The notes under the pieces are model-generated. The model worked only from the letters and a program-made list of their open reading frames with translations, was not told where the DNA came from and ran no database searches. Of a stretch of DNA of 64,000 bases, positions 40,355-55,188 are shown piece by piece; position 1 is the first letter of the stretch; every line of letters starts with the position of its first letter. The translations under genes and the position numbers were made by a program. The stretch covers positions 1,612,001 through 1,676,000 of the forward strand of contig OX597825.1 of the NCBI GenBank assembly GCA_951406725.2. The letters run 5' to 3'. The DNA is from Octopus vulgaris (Eukaryota).

Positions 40355-40560
40355 TGATTATGGCACAAGCCCAGCAATTTCGGGGAAAGTGGAAGTCAAT
40401 TACATCGACCCTAGCGTTCAACTGACTTACTTTTTCGACCCGGAAATGATGAAAGGCAAAATCGATATCGACGTAATTTGAACTCAGAAAGTGAAAACGG
40501 ACGAAATGCCGCTAAGCATTTTGCCAATCCTGTTAACGATTCTCCCAGCTCACCGCCTTA
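40355..40560 (-). mobile_element. SINE family A copy
   Basis: gatgaaaggcaaaatcga...tttgaactcagaa...aacgattctcccagctcaccgcc. Confidence 0.85.
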
Positions 40561-41361
40561 TGTTTTATTACAAACATGTCACTGAAACATGTCTGCTGGA
40601 ATGATCTTTGTATTTATTTGAGCCAGATGTATGAAAATGAGTTCTGGGATGGGAAGTTAAGCCAGCCTTAAAAAGACAAGTCTTACCTCACGTTGAGCGA
40701 CCGAAAGATATCACTGTTTCAGTGTTTAGCAAAACTGTTATTTTCCGGTATACTTTTTTGGCATCTTTTGTTTGTTTCCCTCAAAATCACTTCAAAGCAG
40801 ATATTTTTCTGTCAAGAGTAATTCAACATCTTTCTATGGTATATTTAACATTAACACACACAGGTTCTGTTAATAAAGGAAGATGAGCGGTGAGAAAGTG
40901 ATATTCTCCAATAAGTTTGTTAAAAGGTGGTTGAATATGGTGAGGACGATCCGGCTGAGTGGGTCTTCTGTAAGCTGATGCCTGTAGAACGGAAAGAACA
41001 GATGGGAGACGGGTTACCTCCAATGGTACCCTATTGGGCTCCTAGGTTACTTTTGGGTGAATCTTATAATGTTTTTGATAAATGTTACTGATTTTTTTAT
41101 TGTTTACACGCGTTTATGTAAATCTCCATTGTCTTTGATATTGTCTTAAATAATTTTGCTCTCTTTACAGCCAATAAAGAAATTCTTGATGTTGTTGTTG
41201 TTATTATTATTATTACCATTATTATTACCATTATTATTTACTGTATTTTATACAAGGATGATGTGATATAAAATATCATTCTTAACAATATATTTTTGTT
41301 GTAGATTATAGTGTGTGCTAATGTTGTCTTGTGGATGCATAGCAATCCGACAGGAAATTGT

Positions 41362-41393
<32 letters not shown>

Positions 41394-42121
41394 CTACATA
41401 CATATATATATATATACGTTTGTGTATGTGTGTGTGTGCGTGTGTCAAATGTGACTGCAATATTAACGAAGCTTACAGCTGTATAATGTAGAATTTGCAT
41501 TTCGAATGTAAGCTATGTTGCGGAAACATCAATGGGCTTCGGAAACATTTTGCTCCACACTAAACCTACATACAATACTATCCAGGAATTATCAGAAAAA
41601 AAAAGTATAACACAAAGTATTTGTGCTATCATTTATACATGTTTATACGGAATGCGTCTCGCTGCTTACGTGCGTGCACAAGCACATAGTCTCTCTCTCT
41701 CTCATACAATCATGCACATTATATATATTTGGGAGAGAGAGAGAGAGAGATAGAGGAAGCGTGTAAGAAGGAAGAAGAAGCATACTTTTATCCTTAGGTT
41801 TCTAGATATACATAATGAATATCTGTGTGCGTACTGATAAGAGTTTTATATTTAGGTATTCTCGTGGTCTATATTTTATTTAAAATGTTCGATATCTGCA
41901 AGAAATTGCAATAACAATTTAATCGGTTTGAAGATAAGCAATTGATCCATAATCAACAATGTTTGAAGTGCAACGTGCAATAATCAGATTTGAACATTGG
42001 TTGTGTATAAAACAAATATAAATAACCGCTTGTGTGTATGAGGAATATACTGATGTCATGGCTCATGTTGAAGAACATATAAAGAAGACGGAAAGGGGAA
42101 ATATGACAGGGAGAAACAGAA

Positions 42122-42152
<31 letters not shown>

Positions 42153-42976
42153 TGTATGTATGTATGTATGTATGTATGTATGTATGTATGTATGTATGTA
42201 TGTATAACATCATCCGTTTTCCGTCCTTGTTTCGTATACATTCGCTGCTTTCTTCCATGGAATCTAATGCTCTTAGCTGAGTTTTTCCTTGGGGCTGGCC
42301 AGATTGGAGCAATCTCAAGATTAATCAGCCGAAATTGCGAGGATGATCCGGTTCTTGACTGAAGATTAAAGGCTTCGAATGACCCGTCCATGTTTTTTGT
42401 ATCGTCTGCTGGATGTTTTGCGTTCTTGTCCCATTTTGTATTTTTTTATATATATGTATGTATGTATGTATGTAAGTATGTATGTATGTGTGTGCGAGTG
42501 CATGTGTGCATGTCATTGTTCAGTTTTATTTCAAGATTTCTTGCCAATAAAGAAAGAACCGGTTTCTAACCTAGATCCAAGGCTCCTTCATTGGAATTTC
42601 AACATCAGCAACGGTATCTTTGTTTGTATGTGTGTATATGTGCATATTTGTATGTTTTGTTTTATGTATGTCTTCTCATGCATATAGTTGCATGTCTAGA
42701 CATGCTCATATATATTCAAATGATAAACTTCTGGAAAGTTTTACAGATTTTCACAGTTCCAGTGATGGATTGGAACTGTAATCTTCGAATCAGCTTTCTC
42801 CTCTTTTGTTTCGAGCAACCTAATTTCTCAAGATTGGTGTTTAGGCAATATGTTACATATCCTAGTGCCTCAATAATTACAGGTATAAGCCTGATGTATG
42901 TATGTATGTATGTATATATGTATGTGTGTGTGTGTGTGTGTGGTAGATGCAATAATTTGCGTATATTTATACAACA

Positions 42977-43015
<39 letters not shown>

Positions 43016-43204
43016 CTATCTATCTATATCCTCACCCTTCCGCACAGTTTTCATCTACTTGATTCTACTCACAATGCATCGATCAACCCGATGCTACGAT
43101 AGAAGACATTTTCCCAACGCGCCGCCACAGAGCGAGACCAAACACGGTATCACGTGGCTGTGAATCGATGTTGTTATTCCGTTTTGTTTTTATTCAATTT
43201 AGAA

Positions 43205-43620
43205 CAGTGACCGGCAGTACCAGAAGAGAATCTGATAAACTCTTCTTTGTAATTTGGTTATGGCTCTTTACATCCTGAGTTCAAATCGTGCCAGGGTCTC
43301 TTTTGCCTTTTATCCTTCTGAAGTTGATAAACCAGTTATTGCCAATCAAGTATCGAACGACAATTTAATCAATTGTACCCTTCGATAAAAAGTGTGTCTT
43401 TGTGCAAATATTAGTAAATCAATATTTAATTTCACTCGTCCACAAAGCCAAATTCAAATGATCGACTCCAGAATATTATTGATAATCGTTTTATCGACCA
43501 CAAGAAAGCTGAAAAGCAATCCCTGTCTTCATTACTTTAACTCAGACTGTATGTGTAGAAAATAAAATTTTCTAAGACTTTTGGCTTGGCGCTCAAACGC
43601 TTCAGACTGCCTGCTGCCCT
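43205..43620. mobile_element. Two decayed SINE family A copies tail-to-tail (+ 43205-43415, - 43450-43620)
   Basis: ctgagttcaaatcgtgcc...tttatccttctgaagttgataaa on plus; ttttatcgacca...tttaactcaga as the minus-strand copy. Confidence 0.55.
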
Positions 43621-44162
43621 TTAAAACATATCATTAGAACATTTCGTACAATGACACAAAGTCACAGTTTTGTAGATTAGAAGTGTACGTAAATGAATCA
43701 ACTTCGATTAATAAAAATTATGTCTAATTTTTATTTATCAAGTATGGAGAGATGAAATGAGGAGTCTCGATTACTCTCCTGGTGATATCTGAGGGACACA
43801 ATGAATAATTATGCTACTGATGCTCCATATGCAATCATTGATTATAAATATATTATATACAATAGTCATACACGGGTTAAACTGAGGTTTTATAGTAGCT
43901 TTTCATGTTTAGATTTAATTACTGATATTTCAATTCATTATAAAATACCATTCATTAATTTTCATAAACGTTTCACCTACCACGCAAAGATATGCTGTGT
44001 AATACATTTTCGGTTTTATTGACCTTTGAACTATTCAACTTGAAAACGAATGGAAATCGTGTTCAATACATACATACATACACACATACATACATACATA
44101 TATACAAACCTCCTACTCATATATGTATATATACACATATATATGTGTGTGCGTATGTATGC

Positions 44163-44297
<135 letters not shown>

Positions 44298-44666
44298 CAT
44301 ACGTGCATACATAAATACATATGTATGTATGTTTGCATTTGCGTATGAGTGTATTTCTTATTGTCTCAAATACTTTTTCTGCTAAGTTGCACTTAGATCG
44401 AATACAGAGTGGCATTAAACTGTTTGAATGGAAAATTTGAAACCTGTATATATATATTTATACTTTCTATTTTTAATTTTTGTTTGTTTTCTTTTCTTTT
44501 TCGTAGTCGTACACAATTTCCGATATTGGTAGAACCCATGCTGCTAGAATCATATCGGTTTCTGATTATGTTCATAATACCGGGAGTACAGGGTTATTTA
44601 CATGCATGTATATATGTATGTATGCATGAAGACATATATGTATATATGTACACATGTATATATGTA

Positions 44667-44734
<68 letters not shown>

Positions 44735-45354
44735 TAGCTACCTATGTATGCATATATCTATGCATTACGTATGTATAACCACGAATTTCCAACGAAGCAG
44801 AAAGAGAGCTTCTACTTAGTCATTCGACATGCTAGAAATAGCAACAGCATCTTCTTTAAAACAAGCTTAGAAGGACACATTAAATGATATAGTCCTAGGT
44901 ACGCTATGAACGGAAAAGAAGAGGAAATACAGTATCTTCATATATGGAGGGTCTTTAAATTAAGATATGTTCAATCAGAATTGACTTGCGGTTAAATACA
45001 AACTGGAAGTAACTTATGCCGCCGATAACCTTATTAGTTCTTCTGTATGGCTAACTTCTATGAGCGATTTAGGAGAACAAAGTAGTTTGGTTACCGAGAA
45101 GAAAGCATAATACACGAAACAAAGAGCAAAAAAAAAAAGGAAGGATTTTAAGCCAATTCTTATTTTCAGTTGTGTTATATCAAATAGCAATTTCCATTAG
45201 ATTTGCTTCGTATGGACAACTTAATATTTCTTTTTTAACCATACATATGTACTCATGAAGAAAATGGTAAATTTAATTTTAATCCCTCCAGCCATACATC
45301 ATACATTCATGCATGTACAACAGTTGCATGCCTGCATGTATATGTGTGCGTGTG

Positions 45355-45425
<71 letters not shown>

Positions 45426-46123
45426 GTATAAGTAGCTAGATAGGAAGTAAACTAAATAAATGGATCGATATATGAAAAGGAGTCAATGTAGGGTATACAC
45501 AATACTCTATATGATAAATTGTTACTTCATTTAAATTTCACTTTCTCTCAGCAAAGAAAAGCAAGAATCCTGGGACAATTGCTAGAAACAATTCTTAGCA
45601 AACCAGAATAGGATGGGTAGTTGATAATTTCAAGAAATTCATTTTTCAGTTGAAATACTAAACTCAGTGGAGGGAAAAAGACCATCTGATATTCGTTTGG
45701 AATCGAAAGCAAAGGACAGTTTATGAGGCGTATTTCGGTCTCATTAGTATACATATGTACACATACTCACGCGCACGCACACACACGCGCTCGCGCACCA
45801 CACCCCCACGCGCATCCCCCCCCCACACACACTTTGCACGTACACAAATTCTGCAGTTATCTGTGTACGAACATATAATGTAGCTACATGAAATATATTA
45901 CAATAGATATAAATTCTGAGAGGAAACATGCTTTATAGAAACCGTGAATCCCACAAAATACGTTTTGTTTCGCTCTTGAGCTTTTAAGGATCTGGAAGTA
46001 GGTTATTTGCGCTGTTTGTGTACACATTTTCAGGGAGTAAAAATATAAACAAAGAGAAATGGCGTCATCTTCTCCTTACGCGTTCTGATATAAATGCATG
46101 TATGTTATGTATACGTATGTATG

Positions 46124-46240
<117 letters not shown>

Positions 46241-46487
46241 ATATATATATATATATATATATAACTGTATAGGTGGACGTATCGACATTTCATGCGTGTT
46301 TGTATGTATTTTGGTACAAATCCGTACGCTTGGGATTGGATGTTTATATATTTTAAACCGTCCGCTGTTGCTTGTGCTCTTGTTTATATAAGCATCAGTG
46401 TGTGTTTATATGTGCAGAGGTAAGTATGTAGTGAATATACTTAGACATATGCATACAATCAAACACACATTCACACATCTCTCTCTC

Positions 46488-46518
<31 letters not shown>

Positions 46519-48545
46519 GCATATATATATATTATATATGTATATGCATAATATATATATATATATATATGCATGCACGCATCCATTTATTTATCTATCT
46601 TTCAAAAAGTAAAAAGTATATGTGTTTATAGGTGTACGTGTCTGTCTATCTTTGTATGAGAATGCTTATCTGTAGGTAGGTTTATATGATGAATAAGCAA
46701 AAAGAAGAGAAGAAAACAAGAGGCAAGTGTTATTAGTATAATGGTTACACACAAACAGATTCATACATAGATATTCGTCACCTTTTAAAACACTAAATTG
46801 TGCTTTCAGGTTTATCTGCTATTATTAGCAGTTCTTGCTAACTAACACTGAGAGATTCCTTTCAAACTATTGGTATCTGTTGAAAGATATAAAACATATA
46901 GAGTAGCCCTTATTTATGATAGAACAGCGTAAAGATGAAGCCTCCGTTCAGTCTTGTAACAAATTGAATCATTAAAGCTTTTGGGAAATTATTAGTGATA
47001 CTGGACAATAATTTTTAATTTGCAGCGTTGTTAGGGCATCGAATGAAATTGTTACAATGTACAGTGACGGTCATTTACGTTCTGAGTTCAAATTCTGCTG
47101 AGTCGAATCTATCTGTCTTTATTCTGGCGATGATGATATAAAATACAAATACTAAGTTCAATTCAATATCTTTTTAAATCATCCTAAAATGAATGGAATT
47201 ATAATCGAATATTAAGAAGATCTCATCATTTGATTTCAATCCAGCATCACATTATCAGACGTTGCTGTAATCTGTTTCTCATAAACATCACAGAAAAAAA
47301 CAAAACAAAACAAAAACAATAAACAAAACAAAAATAAATAGCAACATAAAATAAAACAGGATGATAATGATCGATTTTCAGTGATCTCAACAGCCCAGCA
47401 TTTCAATATTAATCATCAATATCATAAAAAAATATCTATATTGATTTTAGAACCTTCGTAATTTTTAGAATAGTTAACAGAAAGGAAAGAAAAAAGAAAG
47501 ATTAAAGCCTTTTTAAAGTTTGTTTTTGTTCTCTGAAGACTAATTCATGCAACTATTGATGGATCGACGAGGGAGGCTTCTTCTGCTAGAAATAACAGCC
47601 AAATTTCCTTCAAACCCAATATTACCCTCTTGAATAAAGAACGAAAAACTGGAGATCGTAGGTTAGTTTAAAACAACAACTAAAAAGCAAAAAAAAAAAA
47701 AAAAAAGTGTGATGGTCATGAATGGAGCGATTTTGATCATAGACATACTCTTCCACTGAAGAATTACAACAACTAAAAAAGAAGATTTACAAGAAATAGC
47801 AGCCAGATCACATTCCAAGAGTCATACAAATCATAGAAAACAAAGATCACAGACGAAAATAAGACAGACACAGCAGTAAAGTGTTTGAGTTGAGGCTGAG
47901 TGCACGTGGCTGACTTTTGGCTAAACAAGCCCAGACATGTTTTCCACGTCCTTTGAAAGCAAGAGTCAACATTTTCAAATATGAAATATCAAAAATTTCA
48001 AAAATCCTAACACAGGGCATTTTCATGTTTGATTTACTATCAAGAAACAGATGTCTCTAGAATCATTTAAGGGTTGCCTCACTTGAAGTACTCACTGCAG
48101 ACGATTGTCATGGAACAAGAAATAATCCACCGTTTTGTCGTCTTGAAATGACGTTTCATGTTTTTCGCTATCCATTGCCTAAAGTGAGAAATGTTCTGCA
48201 TGGTAAATTTAGCATTGAATACGTCTTTTGTACAAGCCAGCTATGTTCCAAACATATTTGAATAGGCATAAATTTCTCTCTCACCCCCCAAAATACCTTC
48301 TCAGGGAAATTGACTGATATTTTTCACATCCTAACGAATGAAGAGTTTCTTCCCATTGAATTGTAGCATTTACGTCTAGGATCCTGTTCCAAAAATAGCC
48401 AGAGGTTGATTTTGACCTTACTGGACAAAGGATAAGCATAGTTCAGAAGATTCAAACGAAATCCAAAATGATCGTGACTTATTTTGAACCTTTACTAGTA
48501 GCGGTTCCACTCAAAAGCCGCTACCGTTGCAGTCGTACTTTGTTT

Positions 48546-48585
<40 letters not shown>

Positions 48586-49134
48586 TGTTTGTGTACACAT
48601 ACATGCACTTTCTCTTTATTACTCTTATTATCACGAGTGGTGGCAACACATACAGACACACCGACATACGTACATGCACACTCACACGTACACACAAGCA
48701 CACACTTGGAACTTGGCCATATCTATGTCGATTAGTTTACCTTGCAATAAGGAGTGAATATTTGATAATAATTAATGAACTTTCATTATCGCTACTGAAC
48801 TTTCTTCTCTCTGGATTTATTAAATTTCAATCGATTAAAAATGAATTCTGTTCACCAAGTCAAGTGCAGCTGACTGCCGAAGACACCCTTGGGATATTTT
48901 CCTGTGTCATTAGTTAAAAATTGCCTAATCAGTAAATTTTCTATCTGCTAGCACTATAAAGTCTCTTAGCTGTTTGGTGATTAAATAAATTTTTGTTTCT
49001 TTACTCATAGCTGTGGAAATTTAATAAAATTGAAAGTTTATCAGTTGTCCACGTTCAGACTCACACTACATTAGCATAATTTTATCTAGTTTCTATTTTA
49101 TATCATTATAATAATAATAATAATATTTTCTACT

Positions 49135-49332
49135 AAAGGCACAAGGCCAGAAATTTTGAAGGAGAGAGCTATATATCGACCTCACTATTTCACTGGTATT
49201 TAATTTATCGATCCGGAAAGGATGAAAGGTAAAGTCGATCTCGGAGGAATTTGAACTCAGAACGTAGCGACGGGCAAAAGGCCGCGAAGTATTTCGCCCA
49301 GCGTGCTAACGATTCTGCCAGATCACCGCTTT
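49135..49332 (-). mobile_element. SINE family A copy
   Basis: ctggtatttaatttatcgatccggaaaggatgaaagg...atttgaactcagaacgt...gctaacgattctgccagatcaccgc. Confidence 0.88.
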
Positions 49333-49402
49333 AATAATAATAGTAATAATAATAATAATGATAATAATAATAATAATAATAATGATAATAATAATAATAA
49401 TA

Positions 49403-49453
<51 letters not shown>

Positions 49454-49500
49454 TATTATTATTACTATTATTATTATTATTACTATTATTATTATTATTA
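49332..49500. repeat. (AAT)n joined directly to (TTA)n, forming a palindromic microsatellite
   Basis: Strand switch at about 49452 (aataattatt). Confidence 0.9.
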
Positions 49501-49645
49501 CTAGTAGTAGTACTTCGGTTGACTGAAAGTTAGGGAAATTTCATGTTTGCTCTTTGTAAGAAATAAATATCATTGACGTTAACGAATTTTCTTATTCTTC
49601 TTATAATATCATCTGGTTAAAAGAAACATCTTCAGCTACCTACAT

Positions 49646-49652
<7 letters not shown>

Positions 49653-49736
<84 letters not shown>

Positions 49737-49764
49737 ATTACTACTACTACTACTACTACTACTA

Positions 49765-49805
<41 letters not shown>
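49653..49805. repeat. (CTA)n-(CTG)n-(CTA)n compound microsatellite
   Basis: Direct reading. Confidence 0.95.
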
Positions 49806-50107
49806 CACCACCGTTGACTTCAAACTTCTTTCACATTCATTACACTTTCTAAGTCGCTCTTACAAAGAGACCGGAGGCTTCGATCAATTGATCAATAAAT
49901 GTCCCTAGGTCGCTTTCCTTGAGTTGGTTCCCACATCACTAGTTAGCTTACTGCTCCATCCTTGTTCCAAAAGCAGAGTCTTACGTTAGTCAGAGTGTGC
50001 GCGCACATAAGCACACAAACACTCACACACACACACACACGTACACATACACATACACACACACACATACATACACACTCAGACGCACGCACAAACACAC
50101 ATACATA

Positions 50108-50550
50108 CAGGCGTAGCTATGTGTTAAGAAGCTAAGTTCCTAACCGCATGGTTTCGAGTTCAGTGCCAATGTGTGGCATCTTGAGCAAGTGTCTTCTGCA
50201 ATAGCCTTGGGCCGACCAAATACATGTGAGCGGATTTGGTAGACGGAAACTGGAAGAAGCCCGTCGTATATATACCTATATGTGTATGTGTGTGAGTGTC
50301 TGTGTGTGAGTGTCTGTGTGTGTGAGTGTGTGTGTGTGTGTGTGTCTTTGTGTTTATGTTGGGCCCCACCACCGCTTGACAACCAGTGTTGGTGTGTTTG
50401 CGTCCCCGTAACTTAGCGGTTTGGCAAAAGAGACCGATAGAATAAGTACTAGTCTTACAAAGAATAAGTTCTGGGCTCGATTTCTTTGACTAAAGGCTGT
50501 GCTCCAGCATGGCCGCAGCCAAATGACTGAAACAAGTAAAAGAGTAAAGT
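50108..50550 (+). mobile_element. SINE family C, full-length copy with internal (TG)n
   Basis: tRNA-like head caggcgtagctatgtgttaag...ggtttcgagttcagtgcc, CORE-like cttgagcaagtgtctt, tail ...aaatgactgaaacaagtaaaagagtaaa. Confidence 0.88.
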
Positions 50551-50556
50551 ACAAAG

Positions 50557-50592
<36 letters not shown>

Positions 50593-50596
50593 TGTA

Positions 50597-50672
50597 GACG
50601 ATGGGCTTCTTTCAGTTTCCGTCTCGTATTTCCACTCAGAAGGTCTTGGTCGGCCCGAGGCTATTGCCTAAG
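50597..50672 (-). mobile_element. SINE family C fragment, inverted relative to 50108-50550
   Basis: gggcttctttcagtttccgtct...ttggtcggcccgaggctattgc is the reverse complement of about 50195-50268. Confidence 0.85.
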
Positions 50673-51071
50673 ATGCTCAAAAATATTTCTCAGGCAAAAT
50701 ACTTCTCAGGCCCTCTGTTAATGCGACTACCCAGGGCTACACAAGCCTTCTCAGACTGGTATAGAACTCCAAGTAATCCTAAGGCAAGATACAAAGTTGA
50801 AGACCTTCACCAGTCGACTTTGTAAATCCAATATTGCATTCCCCAATTAACACAGGATTTTTCACGGACTGTTATACAAGAAAAGGAATAAATAATGGCT
50901 TCTACATATTCATTTATCTACGCATCGTAGACATTCAGCTGTTTCTGGTGTGCATTATAGGTGCGTTCATAGTTCTGTTTACTCAATCGGTCGATCGATC
51001 TTTTCAAAAAATTGAACGACCTTAATAAATACTGTCATCTTAAGAGACTGCACTTACATATGTATATGCAC

Positions 51072-51125
<54 letters not shown>

Positions 51126-51339
51126 ATATTTACACAGTGACGTTGAGTAACAAGAGCAATGGATATTACAGTCTTCTAAGGATAATATTGTTGAATAATT
51201 CGGGAGCTGAATGGTATTCCTGATGTTGTTCAACATCATTGATTATTTGACTTCAGTGTCTACTTGTAGTATGGAGTACATTTTAGACATTTTTCGCGTT
51301 TTTTTCTACTTTTGGTATTTCTGTGTCATTAACATCGCT

Positions 51340-51434
51340 ACTGCTGCTGCTACTGTTGTTGTTGTTGTTGTTGTTGTTGTTTTTCTTCTTCTTCTTCTTC
51401 TTCTTCTTCTTCTTCTTCTTCTTCTTCTTCTTCT
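51340..51434. repeat. (CTG)/(TTG)n/(TTC)n compound microsatellite
   Basis: Direct reading. Confidence 0.95.
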
Positions 51435-52250
51435 TTGTATAAAATACATATACATATACGTATACACACGTACATATATGCCTGTACAATTATGCCTCTG
51501 TATGTCTGAGTGTGTGTGTGTATGTGTGTATGTGCGTGTCTGTGTTTGTGTGTATATGTGTATATGAGTGTGCAAATATATATCATATACATAATATATA
51601 AGCACACATACACAAACACCAATATAAACAGTATAAGTGTGTGTGTGTGTGTATGTGTGTGTGTGTGTTTGTGTGCGTGTTCATCTAAATAATGAATACC
51701 AGCAGAAGTCTTGTGTGTGCGTGCTTAAGTGTAATTGTAACAGCGAAGTTCGTTTTCTCAGGCAGTAGTCGGTAGAAAAACTTTCAAAAACAGCAAGATT
51801 CAGGTAATGCCTTGGAGACACTACGTTCCTCCATTAGCCCTGGCAGATAGCCAACAACTCTGTTGCTTGTTGCTCGTTTGAGAAATTCTCTGACATTAGT
51901 AGCGTTCGTTCAGTGTTAGAATGTGGAGTTTAGGGACAGGCGGCCGTGAGTGATCTGTTTGTTAAACGCCTATTGCGTTAATATGACAGTTGTTTCAAGA
52001 AATTATCGCGCAGTGCTATGTCCCAGGGTAGATAAGCTGAGAAAAACGATGAGATGAAACTTCAGAGCAAATACTAATGGATACCTACTGTACTTTGTTG
52101 ATGTTAACTCAACTTTCTTTTTTCAACAAGTTCAACACAGTTTGCTATTTTCTAATAATGTTCCGTTGCTTCTTTAATAACATAGCTTGCTAGAGGTAAG
52201 ACAAGGGAAGACTAGAATATATATACACACACACTCACACACATGTATAT

Positions 52251-52360
<110 letters not shown>

Positions 52361-52493
52361 GCGTATATATATGTACACCTCTATATACGCACAAACATAC
52401 ACATAGAAACATATACTTATATTTCTCTGTAAACACGCAAACGTATGTGTGTGTGTGTACATACATATAATATATATATACATATACATACAT

Positions 52494-52547
<54 letters not shown>

Positions 52548-53059
52548 CTACATATATACATACGCACACACACACACACGCGCCACACACATATATGAAA
52601 TAAGGGAACCAAGTAGCAAGGAAAATAAAATAAATAGAAAAACAGTAAACAAACATGACTAATTTAATTCTTATAACTGTAAATCTATATGTTTATATAT
52701 TTTTTCCACTTTCAAATGCAAGAAGCCTTTATATCTATATCTATCTATATCTTTATATCTATCTATCTATCTATCTATCTGCAGCTGTTTCCGTTGTATC
52801 AACAACAACCAAAACATCGCAGCTCGTGTTGCTATGACTATTTCATCTTTCCTATCCATAATTGCAACCATTGGGGGGTTCCGTTTCAATGTCCATGTAG
52901 TTAATTCTATCTCAGCCGGGTGCATTGTTTGTGGAAAACGGAGGGGAAAGAGAAGGTGACGATGGGGGGGGGGGAGATGAAGGAAGTGGCGAAGGTAAAA
53001 GAAGAGAATGGCAAGGAAGGAACCAATGCATAAATATTCACATCTCATATTCTTGCCTG

Positions 53060-53600
53060 TCTCTTCGATACCCTTTCTTAGATGGCTTGCTCTGACACAA
53101 TAGTAAGAGAAAAGATTCTCGTTTAGGCAGCCAGGCCTTTGTCCACTATTTCGAGGAGGCAGAGCTTTATCCACACGATTAAAATTACTTTCTCTTGTCC
53201 CCTCCTAATATAAAAGCTTATATTAATAAACCACCGACGAATTAAATCTGCCGTGGATGCACGTGTAGAGACAAGTCTAAATGTCCTCAAGAGCGGACAG
53301 AAATGTAATATATCTCCCAGCAAACTATGAAATTGTCCGAACCGAAATCAAGCGTTATATCGGACCAGAGGAAGGAAAATAACAACGACCGTCTTCCGAC
53401 TTTTAGACACCGTGAGAAGAGACATTGAACAACGCTCTCGGTTTTAATCTGCATACTTAAAGAAGAAGGGATCAACTATGGCATTAAATGGAAAATCCTT
53501 TCCAAAACAAAACCCTATACTAATGAGCCAAAAAGATGTTCAATATGTTCACGTGAGAAACTATGTTTCCTAAAAGAAATGAAGGACCTCCACCGTCCGC
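53060..53600 (+). pseudogene. Penelope-like element C-terminal GIY-YIG endonuclease fragment
   Basis: Motifs in the expected order: TIKITFSCP, CTCRDKSKCP, KRYIG, TFRHREKRH*TTLS, LKEEGINYGIKWKILSKTKPYTNEPKRCSICSREKL; stops and frameshifts present. Confidence 0.85.
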
Positions 53601-54071
53601 AATTCGAGAAATGCTTCCCGGCGAAATTTAACGAATGCCCACCAGACACATCGTAAAACATTCATATCTTGTTTACGGGTTTCGGAGTGTTGTTGCAACG
53701 TAGGTTATCTCCCCTCTGTGTTTATTTCTGTTTCTTTCTGCCTTCTTCCGTTTGAGCGTTCCCTGTTCAAACGTTATCTGTTTTGAACGCAAGTCACAAA
53801 CGGTCTCGTCCTCAGCTTCATAAATGCTAAAATGAATTGTTGTATCGGCTATGAAACGCTAGATAGATCCATTTCACAAGGCTTGTGGTTTTCATTATCA
53901 CAATTTCTTTACTCTCCCAGCTGATCGACTGCTATTCTACTTGGTGAAGCTTTACCACACTACACCCCCCACACACATACATATATACGTACACATAGAT
54001 ACATTTATATATGCATACGTATATATATATATATATATATGCATATATATATCCATACATATACATATATG

Positions 54072-54115
<44 letters not shown>

Positions 54116-54119
<4 letters not shown>

Positions 54120-54160
54120 GAGTGGATTTGGTAGACGGAAACTGAAAGAAGCCTGTCATA

Positions 54161-54220
<60 letters not shown>

Positions 54221-54440
54221 TGTGTGTGTCTGTGTTTGTCCCCCTAGCATTGCTTGACAACCGATGCTGGTGTGTTTATGTCCCCGTCACCTAGCGGTTC
54301 GGCAAAAGAGATCGATAGAATAAGTACTGGGCTTACAAAGAATAAGTCCCGGGATCGATTTGCTCGACTAAAGGCGGTGCTCCAGCATGGCCGCAGTCAA
54401 ATGACTGAAACAAGTAAAAGAGTAAAAGAGTAAAAAGAGT
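54116..54440 (+). mobile_element. SINE family C, 5'-truncated, well conserved
   Basis: Colinear and highly similar to 50225-50550. Confidence 0.88.
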
Positions 54441-55188
54441 ATATATATATATGCATACATGTATATACATATATACATATGTATACACACACAAATACAT
54501 ACACATATATATATATACATACATAAAACACAAACACACACATTTGTATGTATGTGTATATATATGTAAAATGATGGAGTGTCTACGACAGGAAAGGCTT
54601 GGACCGTAGGTTAGATAGATAAAAAGGAAATCGAAGAGAAAAAGCAACAACACTATAACACAGACATTTCTACAGCTATCAACATCAGCTGACATGGACC
54701 CACTTGATGGCCGTCGGATCATTTAGAAATTAAAGGAACATCTTCAAATCACACCATATCGTTTACAAGAAAGAAAACATTGCGTCGTGTAATTCTACAA
54801 ATATCTTTACAAAGGCAAAGGCAGTCAGGGCCGCAATACTATGAATGAATCATTGATCTGTTGTTGGAAGAGGCCGAAACCATTGTGATCTATAGCAGTC
54901 AGTTGATGAAGGACATGCCATGCTGTATGCGATATATTTGCAGAATTCTTTTTTGAACGATGAACTGGATGACATTTGAGTGCTTTTATTCTTATATTTT
55001 CTGGCATAAGATTTATCAGGCTCAAACCAAGAACATTATTTACGTACATACATGCCATTATATATAACTATATATATATAACTATGTATATATAACTATA
55101 ATGCATATATTTGTCCGTATGTATTTCTCTCTCTCTCTCCCTCTGTATATGTATACATATAGCTATGTATGTACACATATACAAATAT

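Noticed and set aside
42325-42378. gccgaaa...ctgaaga...ggc as a possible type-II hammerhead
   Set aside because: Stems I and III cannot be formed convincingly and five extra nucleotides separate the core from stem II.
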